A stretch of 64,000 nucleotides of DNA from an uncultured Gammaproteobacteria bacterium (GTDB taxonomy: Bacteria; Patescibacteriota; Patescibacteriia; UBA9934; CAZDDW01). The stretch is taken from contig OZ246408.1 of assembly GCA_965231015.1 (NCBI GenBank), positions 545,237-609,236 on the forward strand, written 5' to 3'. Both the position numbers and the translations under genes were made by a program. Of the stretch, positions 48,753-57,695 are shown one piece after another (position 1 is the first letter of the stretch; every line of letters starts with the position of its first letter). The notes beneath the pieces were generated by a model. That model ran no database searches. It was not told the origin of the DNA and saw nothing but the letters and a program-made list of their open reading frames with translations.

Positions 48753-50484
48753 TTGACATTTTCAGATCCACGATCCGCAGCTGGATCTCACGACTTCCGT
48801 TCCACTCGTTAATGCCGATTTCATAAACAATGTCGACTAAGTCGCTAAGATTTAATTTTTCAGCCCATTCTCCAAACCGGAAACCAACCATCTTACATAT
48901 TTTACCACCTTTTTGCGGATTTGCCGTCAGACGTAAGTGCTGACCTTCGCTTCCCATGGTTTCTGTGGCGATCACCTGCAACTTTTCTGTTGTAAATAAA
49001 GGTTTTTCATTTCCTTGACCAAACGGACGAAAGTTTTCCAATTTCTCTACAAGATTCCAATCTATTTCATCAAAACTGATTTGAGCGTCGATCTTTTGAG
49101 TGGGCTCAAGTGTTACCTCCGCGAGCTTTTGTTCCGCGAATTCGGTCATAATTTCGATTGCTTTATCTAGTTTTTCTCGCGTTGAAGTCGAAAATCCACA
49201 GGCTTGCGGGTGTCCACCGAACCGGTCCAGGTACTCGGCTGTCTGTTGCATAGCCTCCGTCACGTTAAACTCTTCAATGCTTCTACCAGAGGCCACAAAT
49301 CCATCCTCAAGTTCACTAATCACAAACGTTGGGCGGTAGTGCTCGTTGCAAAGCTTTCCAGCCACAAGCCCCACGATTCCGGCCGGCCACCCTTGCCCAA
49401 TCGCAAATAATATTTTCTGATCATCCACCTCACCAATCTGATCCACAGCTTCATAATACATTTTCTCTGACATCTTTTGCCGTTTCTGATTTTTCGCGTT
49501 TAATTCTTCAGCCATGGTTTGAGCCTCTTCGTTGTCTTCACAGACCAGCAGTTCAAACGCATACGTTGCGTGATCAACACGTCCAGCAGCGTTCAGTCGC
49601 GGCCCAATCTGCCACCCAATGTTCCAAGTCTCAAGCGTTTTATCACTAATATTCGCAATCTCGAACAAAGCCTTAAGTCCTGGACGGCGGGTCTTATTCA
49701 AAACGAGTAAGCCAAATTTTTCCAGCGTTCGGTTTTCACCGGTCAATTTCATGACGTCTGTCACGGTCGCAATCGCTACTAAATCGAGCAACCATTTTTC
49801 GTGTCCCTCTGGAAAATCGAGTCCACGCGCCCGAGCCTCGTCGAGCAAGCCGCAGGCAAACTTAAAAGCTACTCCGGTTCCGGCCAAATCCTTGTTCGGA
49901 TAAGTTTCATCCGGCATTTTTGGATGGATTATTATAGCGTCCGGTGGAGTTTCCGGAACATCGTGGTGATCGCAGACAATAGTGTCGATCCCGTTTTCCT
50001 TGGCGTGAGCAATCGTTTCGAAGTTTGAAATCCCACAGTCGACCGTTACGATTAGATTTGTTTTATGAACATTTTTTAGGTGATCGACTGTCTCTACAAA
50101 CAACCCATACCCTTCCTGCTCACGGTGCGGAATGTAGACGTTCAGATTACTCGAGTCATATCCAAGCTTGTCCCCGATCTCCTTAATCGTGGTAAACAAA
50201 ACTGCTGAACCACAAACTCCATCCGCGTCATAATCCCCATGCACGGTAATAACCTGACCCGATTCAATCGCCTCAAACAGTCTCGCTACCGCGGCCTTCA
50301 TATTCTTAAACTCGGCCGGGTCATGAATGTCGCGCGAATAGTCCGGTCCCAAAAAGACATCAATCTCTTCTTGAGTCTTGATCCCACGGTTCCAAAGCAA
50401 TTGCAAAATAGCCGCATTTATTTCCGGGAACTTGTCCTTATGTTCTTGTGGCATTTCCTCCGCTACAACCCAACGTTTCGACAT
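48742..50484 (-). CDS. recJ: single-stranded-DNA-specific exonuclease RecJ
   Basis: DHH motifs (HGDYDADG, DHH). Confidence 0.9.
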   Translation of the reverse strand: MSKRWVVAEEMPQEHKDKFPEINAAILQLLWNRGIKTQEEIDVFLGPDYSRDIHDPAEFKNMKAAVARLFEAIESGQVITVHGDYDADGVCGSAVLFTTIKEIGDKLGYDSSNLNVYIPHREQEGYGLFVETVDHLKNVHKTNLIVTVDCGISNFETIAHAKENGIDTIVCDHHDVPETPPDAIIIHPKMPDETYPNKDLAGTGVAFKFACGLLDEARARGLDFPEGHEKWLLDLVAIATVTDVMKLTGENRTLEKFGLLVLNKTRRPGLKALFEIANISDKTLETWNIGWQIGPRLNAAGRVDHATYAFELLVCEDNEEAQTMAEELNAKNQKRQKMSEKMYYEAVDQIGEVDDQKILFAIGQGWPAGIVGLVAGKLCNEHYRPTFVISELEDGFVASGRSIEEFNVTEAMQQTAEYLDRFGGHPQACGFSTSTREKLDKAIEIMTEFAEQKLAEVTLEPTQKIDAQISFDEIDWNLVEKLENFRPFGQGNEKPLFTTEKLQVIATETMGSEGQHLRLTANPQKGGKICKMVGFRFGEWAEKLNLSDLVDIVYEIGINEWNGSREIQLRIVDLKMSNDK

Positions 50485-50574
50485 GTTTTGATTCTTACGA
50501 AAAAGTATAAAGGATTAAGTATAGAGTATCTGATAACTTTATCCTCCGGCCTTTATTCTTTCTCTTTCGCAAGA

Positions 50575-50652
50575 TCAAAACGCCATACCCACAGTAAAAA
50601 ACAACATGCTAAAGACCAAGATGATCACCAAAACCGTCCAGATTTTTTTCAT
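50575..50652 (-). CDS. 25-aa hydrophobic small ORF (MKKIWTVLVIILVFSMLFFTVGMAF)
   Basis: Single TM-like peptide in recJ upstream region; not in the ORF track (short). Confidence 0.2.
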   Translation of the reverse strand: MKKIWTVLVIILVFSMLFFTVGMAF

Positions 50653-50668
50653 TATTTTATTTCGGGCT

Positions 50669-51265
50669 CTAAAATTCATAGATTTGTTTTAACAACTCGG
50701 ACGGGTCATGGACAATGGCGACAGGGTTTTGATCGCGTAATAACTCTTCCGAGTGATACCCCCAGGTTACACCAATTGCCCGAACTCCGACACCCCTGGC
50801 CTCAATAATGTCTCCGCTTGTATCGGTCACAAACAAACATTCTTCCGGTTTTAAATTATATCCATCAAAAACCATTTGAAACTTGTGGGCTTTGGAACGA
50901 TGGGTTTGTGAGCCCAACACCTTAGTAAAGTATTGATCGTAATCTTTCAAAGCCAAGAAGTGATCAATATTGTCGTCGTACGTACTCGAGATCACAAACA
51001 ATTGATACTTGTCCGCGAGTTCTTTTAAGACTTCTGACAAAGGAAACAAGTGATCAGCCGTAAAGTTGTCTTTTTGCCGAGCAAAAAATTCATCAATACT
51101 GTCAGGATCATAATTAACTTTTGGTTCAGCAAAAACATTTCCCTTGTGGTGATCAATAAAGTCCTGTTCCTTCACCCCGTTCACAAGCTCTTTAGTGACA
51201 TCAAAATTAATCTGGTACGTATCACCAAGCACTCCATCGAAATCAAATATTACGGCTTTTAGCAT
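50669..51265 (-). CDS. HAD-superfamily hydrolase (beta-phosphoglucomutase-like)
   Basis: Motif I VIFDFDGVL, motif III/IV …VTDTSGDI. Confidence 0.8.
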   Translation of the reverse strand: MLKAVIFDFDGVLGDTYQINFDVTKELVNGVKEQDFIDHHKGNVFAEPKVNYDPDSIDEFFARQKDNFTADHLFPLSEVLKELADKYQLFVISSTYDDNIDHFLALKDYDQYFTKVLGSQTHRSKAHKFQMVFDGYNLKPEECLFVTDTSGDIIEARGVGVRAIGVTWGYHSEELLRDQNPVAIVHDPSELLKQIYEF

Positions 51266-51638
51266 AAGTTATTTTTTATCTCGTTAACCAAGAAAATCAT
51301 TTGTGGCTAAATCTAAATATTACCACCCACCACCATTACTAGTCCGGTCGTACTTGGTTTGGTGGTTTCATTTTCGACACTTTTTCGCGATCGCGATATT
51401 TTGTCGAAGATTGGGTCTGTTAATTATTAAAACTTGATCTATTTCATTATTAATTTCATCATCAATGGATTTTATACATTTTCTGGAAAATCAAAAAGCA
51501 GATCCATCATTGGCGTAAGCTCATACCTATTGTTCTTCATGAAATTTCCTAATTTCTTTTCAATCTTTTCTGTCTTTTATGAAAGACGGACACGTCTTTC
51601 CTTAAGCTCTTTCATCTTCATGTTAATCTTCCATTATC

Positions 51639-51731
51639 TTAACTGAAAGATATCTGAGACCAATACACTGATTATCCCAATTATCCCTCCAATCACCACA
51701 CCGGTCAAACTTGATGTTACCTCATTCATAT
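51639..51731 (-). CDS. 31-aa hydrophobic small ORF (MNEVTSSLTGVVIGGIIGIISVLVSDIFQLR)
   Basis: Begins 3 nt after lepA stop; GxxxG-rich TM-like peptide. Confidence 0.2.
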
Positions 51732-51733
51732 TT

Positions 51734-53524
51734 CTATCTCTTCAACACCTTCAAGTATGCATCCGTAGGGATATCGACTTTTCCTTTACCCATAGCCATC
51801 ATTTTGGCTTTACCCTTTTTCTGTTTTTCTAATAGCTTTCGTTTTCGGGTGACGTCTCCACCGTAGAGCTTAGCGGTCACGTCTTTGCGCATCGCGCTGA
51901 TTCGTTCAGAAGCGACGATGGTGCCACCGACGGCGGCTTGGAGTTTGATCACGAACATTTGCTTCGGAATCGAATCTTTAAGTGACTTAACGATTGATTT
52001 TCCAACCGGGTGAGCTTCGTCTCGGTACACCAAAGTCGACAATGCCTCAACTGGCTCCTCAGCTACTAAGATATCCATTCGTACCACGTCAGCCGGTCGG
52101 TAATCCTTGACCTCGTAGTTAAGCGAGCCATAACCCGCGGTCAGGGTTTTTAGTTTGTCATAAAAATCAATGATGATGGCAGCAAGTGGCATTTCATAGT
52201 GAAGGATGGCCCGCTCACCTTCCAAGTATTCGGTATTCTTATAAATCGCGCGGCGTTCAGTGCAAAGCTGCATCACAGAACCCACGTAGTCCTTTGGCAC
52301 CACAATATCAGCCACTACCCATGGCTCTTCAATCTTGTCGATATGCCCAGCGTCCGGCAGGTCAAGCGCACTCTTGGTCGTAATGACCTCGCCCCCGGTC
52401 TTGGTAACGTGATACGCCACAGACGGAACTGTTACCACAAGCTCGAGGTTGAATTCGCGAGCTAATCGCTCCTTGATGATTTCTAAGTGCAACATTCCAA
52501 GGAACCCACATCGCAAACCATATCCAAGAGCCGAACTTTGTTCTGGTTCGTAGGTTAGAGCCGCATCCTGAAGCTTGAGTTTGCCTACTGCGTCACGTAA
52601 TCGGTTATACTCACTTCCCTCTTTTGGAAAAATTCCTGCAAAGACCATGGGCTTCACTTCCTGGTACCCTGGCAAGGCCTCAGCCTTTTTCTTACCTTCA
52701 ACAATCTTGGTCATAGTGTCACCAACACGCACCCCTTCCAAATCCTTTTGTCCGGTCACCACGTATCCAATTTGCCCAGTTGCAAGTTCGTCCGTTGGTG
52801 TGAACCCAGGTGTTAGCGCACCTACCTCTAAAACCTCGTCCTCTTCAAGAGTAGCCATCATCTTATACTTTTCACCTTTCTTGATTGATCCATCCACCAT
52901 TTCTACATAAGCGACCACACCTTTAAATTCATCATAAAAAGAATCAAAAACCAAAGCCCGAGTTGGAGCATCCGGATTGCCACTTGGAGCCGGAATTCGC
53001 TCCACAACAGCGTCGAGCAACGCTTCAACCCCTTCACCGGTCTTGGCTGACACAGTCAAAACCTCGGATTCATTACATCCGATAAGATCACAAATTTCCT
53101 TAGTTCTGGTGGGTACGTCGGCCGCTGGAAGATCGATCTTGTTCAAGACTGGTACAATAGTCAGGTTCTGCTCAAGGGCTAAGTACAGGTTTCCGATAGT
53201 TTGAGCCTGCACCCCTTGAGTTGCATCGACGAGCAAAATTGCTCCGTCCACGGCCGCGAGCGAGCGTGAGACCTCGTAATTAAAGTCCACATGCCCCGGA
53301 GTGTCGATTAAATTCAAAGTAGTATCCTTCCAAGACATCCGAGCCGGAGCCAGCTTAATAGTGATCCCTTTTTCTTGCTCCAGTTCCATGCTATCAAGCA
53401 ACTGCTTTTTCATCTTGCGAGACTCTACCGTTCCGGTTAACTCAAGCATCCGGTCAGCGAGCGTTGACTTCCCGTGATCAATATGCGCAATGATACAAAA
53501 ATTTCGGATTTTATCTTGGTTCAT
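51734..53524 (-). CDS. lepA: elongation factor 4
   Basis: GTPase G1 AHIDHGKST and LepA C-terminal domain. Confidence 0.95.
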   Translation of the reverse strand: MNQDKIRNFCIIAHIDHGKSTLADRMLELTGTVESRKMKKQLLDSMELEQEKGITIKLAPARMSWKDTTLNLIDTPGHVDFNYEVSRSLAAVDGAILLVDATQGVQAQTIGNLYLALEQNLTIVPVLNKIDLPAADVPTRTKEICDLIGCNESEVLTVSAKTGEGVEALLDAVVERIPAPSGNPDAPTRALVFDSFYDEFKGVVAYVEMVDGSIKKGEKYKMMATLEEDEVLEVGALTPGFTPTDELATGQIGYVVTGQKDLEGVRVGDTMTKIVEGKKKAEALPGYQEVKPMVFAGIFPKEGSEYNRLRDAVGKLKLQDAALTYEPEQSSALGYGLRCGFLGMLHLEIIKERLAREFNLELVVTVPSVAYHVTKTGGEVITTKSALDLPDAGHIDKIEEPWVVADIVVPKDYVGSVMQLCTERRAIYKNTEYLEGERAILHYEMPLAAIIIDFYDKLKTLTAGYGSLNYEVKDYRPADVVRMDILVAEEPVEALSTLVYRDEAHPVGKSIVKSLKDSIPKQMFVIKLQAAVGGTIVASERISAMRKDVTAKLYGGDVTRKRKLLEKQKKGKAKMMAMGKGKVDIPTDAYLKVLKR

Positions 53525-53526
53525 AG

Positions 53527-54036
53527 TTATTTCATCTCGTAAGGATATTCGTCGCCGTCGGAGTCGATACCAGTAGCCTTAACTTGAAACATGAAGTAAC
53601 CTAGGATGATCGGGTTTGAGCCACCTTGTGTAAATCTTTGTTCAACCAAATTAAAAGGTTGAAATTGTATACCATTTAATTCAACCACCCACCCATTTTT
53701 AGTTTCAACCCATTTACCCCCGTTTACTGCAATGGTAGCTTCACCTAAAAAGGCGCCAAATGAATCAATGGTTGTTTCATCAACTTCAGTTGGAGTCACC
53801 CAACCTTCATCGATAATTGAATCAAGTTTTCTGATTGATTCTTCGTCATAAGCTAAATTCTCACCAAAAACCTGACTCACTATATCAATACAGGATTCTG
53901 CATAAGCGTGAAAGTCAGTAGTTGGATCCGTGTTGATTTCCTGATCATTTGAAATTCGAAAAACAAAAATATATCCAACAATCGCCAAGACAATAAGAAT
54001 TGGCCATGATTTATTCAATACTGTATTAATCGACAT
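53527..54036 (-). CDS. membrane-anchored hypothetical protein
   Basis: Start placed at MSINTVLNKSWPILIVLAIVGYIF (ATG 54034-54036), 8 nt after mnmA stop. Confidence 0.45.
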   Translation of the reverse strand: MSINTVLNKSWPILIVLAIVGYIFVFRISNDQEINTDPTTDFHAYAESCIDIVSQVFGENLAYDEESIRKLDSIIDEGWVTPTEVDETTIDSFGAFLGEATIAVNGGKWVETKNGWVVELNGIQFQPFNLVEQRFTQGGSNPIILGYFMFQVKATGIDSDGDEYPYEMK

Positions 54037-54043
54037 ATTTTGT

Positions 54044-55099
54044 TTAATAAATAATCCCTCCGCCCAACATTTGCTCGCCATCATAGAAAACAATTGATTG
54101 GCCGGGGGTTACGGCGCGTTGGTGGTCTTCGAATTGAACTCGTGCGACTGAATCCGATAGTTCAACATGACACTTTTGTAACGGTTGTCGGTAACGGATT
54201 CGGGCCGAACAATCAAACTCGCTCTCGGGTTCCACGAACCAGTTCAATTCTGTAGCCTCGAGCTCTCCTTCATAAAGTTTAGGGTGATAATTCGAGCTGA
54301 CAACCAGCTCTTTAGTCTCTGGTCGCTTGGCTACTACATAGTACGGGGTTCCGCCTCCAACATCAAGCCCGTGACGCTGTCCGAGTGTGTAGTAAGCCAA
54401 TCCTTCGTGTTCACCTAATTTTCTGCCTTCTGTGTCGAGAATCGGACCCGGATCCGGTTTTATTCGTTCTTTTAAAAACTCCATCACATCCACTTCACCA
54501 ATAAAGCAGATTCCCTGCGAGTCTTTCTTCTTAGCGGTTGAAAGCCCAAGCCCTTCAGCCTTTGCCCGAACTTCCGGCTTTGTCATCTCACCGACCGGAA
54601 ACAAGGCTCGTTTAATTGCCTCGTGTGGCACCGCCCATAAAAAGTAAGTCTGGTCTTTGTTGTTATCGACTCCTGCCAAGATCTTTTCACCGTCACGTCG
54701 TGCGTAATGCCCTGTAGCAATGTAGTCGCAACCAAGCTCATCTGCTTTTTTCAAAAACTTATCAAACTTAATGTTCTTGTTGCACATCACATCCGGATTC
54801 GGTGTTCGCCCTGCTTCGTATTCGCGAAACATGTATTCCACAACTTCGTCTCGGTAGGCTTGTTCAAAGTCGAAGGTGTAAAACTCAATCCCAAGCTTGG
54901 CCGCCACACGCATAGCATCGCGTCGATCTTCGCGCCAAGCACAGTCTGACCAGTTCTTCATAAACGCACCAATAACCTCATACCCATGTTCCAAAAGCAA
55001 AGCAGCCGACACACTTGAGTCGACCCCTCCGCTCATTCCAACTAAAACTTTGGGCTTGTCTTTGCTCATAATATCGAGATAATAGTATATTTTAGCCAA
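54044..55099 (-). CDS. mnmA: tRNA-specific 2-thiouridylase
   Basis: PP-loop GMSGGVDSSV. Confidence 0.9.
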   Translation of the reverse strand: MAKIYYYLDIMSKDKPKVLVGMSGGVDSSVSAALLLEHGYEVIGAFMKNWSDCAWREDRRDAMRVAAKLGIEFYTFDFEQAYRDEVVEYMFREYEAGRTPNPDVMCNKNIKFDKFLKKADELGCDYIATGHYARRDGEKILAGVDNNKDQTYFLWAVPHEAIKRALFPVGEMTKPEVRAKAEGLGLSTAKKKDSQGICFIGEVDVMEFLKERIKPDPGPILDTEGRKLGEHEGLAYYTLGQRHGLDVGGGTPYYVVAKRPETKELVVSSNYHPKLYEGELEATELNWFVEPESEFDCSARIRYRQPLQKCHVELSDSVARVQFEDHQRAVTPGQSIVFYDGEQMLGGGIIY

Positions 55100-55171
55100 A
55101 AATGCAAGCCCCTCTGCCCTTTTTTGCCCAACTCTGGTACGATTAGTCTGTTAATCAATAAATGCTAAAAT

Positions 55172-55924
55172 ATGGAACTTTTTGTACCATTAATCATATT
55201 TATCCTGGTTGTTCTCTTGATCAGCATTAAACAGATCAACCAGTACCAACGCGGAGTTAAGTTTCGTTTAGGTAAATTTGTGGGGATTATAGAGCCGGGA
55301 TGGCGTATCGTGATTCCGATTGTTGAGTCTATGAAGAAAGTCGATATCCGTGTGAAGGCCGTGGATGTACCTGACCAGGAAGCTATTACCCAAGATAATG
55401 TTTCAGCTCGCATTAACGCTGTAATTTATTATAAAGTCGAAGACGCAGGTAAAGCCATTATTGAAGTCGAGAACTTTCGTTGGGCTGTGTCACAGCTGGC
55501 ACAAACCACCATGCGAAACATTGCTGGTGAGTTGACCCTTGATGAACTTCTCACAAACCGAGACACCGCTGCTAAACGAATCAGAGAGATTGTCGACGAA
55601 CTGACTGATCCTTGGGGAATTGACGTTGAGAATGTGGAATTGAAAGACATCACCCTTCCAGAAGAAATGAAACGAACCATTGCTAAGCAAGCTGAGGCTG
55701 AACGTGAACGCCGTGCCGTGATCATTAAAGCCGAGGGTGAGGTTGCCGCCTCTGAAAACCTTGCCAAAGCCGCGCGCACCCTTGCTGAAAGCACGGGGGC
55801 GTTGCACCTGCGAACTTTATCAAGTATCAACGACTTGAGTTCAGATCAGAGCAATACAGTAATCTTTGCTATGCCGCTTGAGGTTCTTCGAGCCTTTGAG
55901 CGAATGGGAAAAGACGATAAATAA
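55172..55924 (+). CDS. SPFH/band-7 (stomatin/prohibitin-like) membrane protein
   Basis: N-terminal TM then band-7 core (…RINAVIYYKVEDA…). Confidence 0.85.
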   Translation: MELFVPLIIFILVVLLISIKQINQYQRGVKFRLGKFVGIIEPGWRIVIPIVESMKKVDIRVKAVDVPDQEAITQDNVSARINAVIYYKVEDAGKAIIEVENFRWAVSQLAQTTMRNIAGELTLDELLTNRDTAAKRIREIVDELTDPWGIDVENVELKDITLPEEMKRTIAKQAEAERERRAVIIKAEGEVAASENLAKAARTLAESTGALHLRTLSSINDLSSDQSNTVIFAMPLEVLRAFERMGKDDK

Positions 55925-55932
55925 AGAGATCA

Positions 55933-56024
55933 AAAAACAGAGCTTCATTCGAGGCTCTGTTTTATTATTATGTAGCGGGAGGCTTTAGCCTTCCAACGTT
56001 GGAACCCTGAAGGGTTCCGCTACA
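55933..56024. terminator. compound terminator: hairpin aaaaacagagc-ttcattcga-ggctctgtttt plus a four-stem element closed by tgtagcgg/ccgctaca
   Basis: Perfect stems: aggct-tt-agcct, ccaacgttgg palindrome, ggaaccc-tgaa-gggttcc; outer stem overlaps uppP stop codon. Confidence 0.5.
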
Positions 56025-56820
56025 TTACGAACAGAATAACTATCGCGGCGGCAGCCAAAATCAAGCGGTACCAAACAAATACCATGAAATTAGTTCGAGC
56101 TATAATCTCGAGTAAAAACTTGATGGCCAAGGCCCCTGAAATCATGGCCGCAAAAAAACCAACCAGTAAAGGCATCGGATCGAGTACTCCAACTGATTCT
56201 GAAAGATCATACATTGATTTAGCGCCAGCGGCGGCAATTGCTGGAACACTCAGGAGAAACGAAAATCGAGCTGCGGTTTTTCGGTTAAGTCCTGCAAAAA
56301 GTCCGGCTGTGATTGTGATGCCCGAACGCGAAGTTCCGGGAATCAGTGCGATGACTTGAGCGAATCCGATGGCCATGGCCTGTTTCCAACCAATCTTCTT
56401 GAGCTTATTCGTTTCTGGATGCTTTTTAGCAAACCAATCGGCAATTCCAAGCACCACTGCCCAAAGCACGAGCGAGATAATCACTACGACCGGAACTCGT
56501 AATACAGTTTCGATTATATCTGACGCAAAATACGCTACTACCAGCACCGGTACAGTTGCGACCAGGATCATCCAGGCTACAGACCTCTCAGGTGTCCGTT
56601 CACGTGATAAAAACGCTAAAAACAACCTCTTAATGTCTCGCCGCAATACCATTATCACCGCCACGAGTGTTCCGAGGTGTACCATTACGTCAAACGCCAG
56701 GTCTTGCAGGGGCCAGCCTAAAAGTTCAGGTACTAAAATCAGGTGTCCTGAACTCGAAACAGGTAAAAATTCTGTGATTCCTTGAATCACTCCAAGGACT
56801 AAAGCTTGTAGTATCGTCAT
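56020..56820 (-). CDS. uppP: undecaprenyl-diphosphatase
   Basis: ITEFLPVSSSGHL signature of BacA/UppP. Confidence 0.9.
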   Translation of the reverse strand: MTILQALVLGVIQGITEFLPVSSSGHLILVPELLGWPLQDLAFDVMVHLGTLVAVIMVLRRDIKRLFLAFLSRERTPERSVAWMILVATVPVLVVAYFASDIIETVLRVPVVVIISLVLWAVVLGIADWFAKKHPETNKLKKIGWKQAMAIGFAQVIALIPGTSRSGITITAGLFAGLNRKTAARFSFLLSVPAIAAAGAKSMYDLSESVGVLDPMPLLVGFFAAMISGALAIKFLLEIIARTNFMVFVWYRLILAAAAIVILFVM

Positions 56821-57473
56821 AATTTATCTTCAATCCAATCCACAACTTCTTTAATTAAACTTGGATCGTTATCCAGCATGTCATTAGCGTGGCCAATTCC
56901 AGTTCGTTCCCACTTTTCAGTTTGGGCTGGATTAAGCTCTGCTAAGGCATTGATACCTTCAAAAGACCGATGAGTATCGTCGTCACTGGCCACGAGCAGA
57001 ACCTTTTGTCCCGGATTCAGTTTTACAATCAATTCGTCAGTTTTGACGCCTCGATAATTCAGTCCTGGCGACAAAGCAACTCCGAACTTTATGTTTGGAT
57101 ATTTAGTTAAAGTATCGATGGCAATATTAGCTCCAATCGAGCCACCGACCACTATTGTACTCGATTTTTTTGCTCCGTGTTCGCTAAGCCAGGATAAAGC
57201 CGTTTCCACGTCCAAAATTTTCGCCTGTTGCTCTCCATCGGAAAAATTCATATAATCCAGCTCACCCCCGTTCGTTGACTCTCCATGCCCACGCTCATCG
57301 ATAGCCAAAGCCGCAATGTTTCGAGCACTCATTTCAGTCGCAAATACGCGCCAAGCTTCTTTTGTAGCCGGCATCATGTGTAAAAGTAAGGCATGGGCTT
57401 TGGGATTTTCTACCGGATACCAATCTCCAACAATCTTAACCCCGTCTTCAGTTGTAAACTCAATTTTCTCCAT
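56817..57473 (-). CDS. alpha/beta-fold hydrolase
   Basis: GGSIGANI nucleophile-elbow-like motif; 218 aa. Confidence 0.65.
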   Translation of the reverse strand: MEKIEFTTEDGVKIVGDWYPVENPKAHALLLHMMPATKEAWRVFATEMSARNIAALAIDERGHGESTNGGELDYMNFSDGEQQAKILDVETALSWLSEHGAKKSSTIVVGGSIGANIAIDTLTKYPNIKFGVALSPGLNYRGVKTDELIVKLNPGQKVLLVASDDDTHRSFEGINALAELNPAQTEKWERTGIGHANDMLDNDPSLIKEVVDWIEDKL

Positions 57474-57695
57474 AAAACTTTATACATAATTCTTTATACT
57501 TTTCACTGTCTATACCACGGTGTTTTTCCTGTTTGATCTGAGATGTTGTGTTCACAAAAACCAAACTCATCGAAGCTAAACCGCACCACTTCACCGGGTA
57601 AAACCATGCCACCAAGATTCCGTGAGTGAATCTTCGGACTTATCTCCTCTTCAAAAAACTCTAAGAAATTCGTACTGTACATATAAAACATTATA

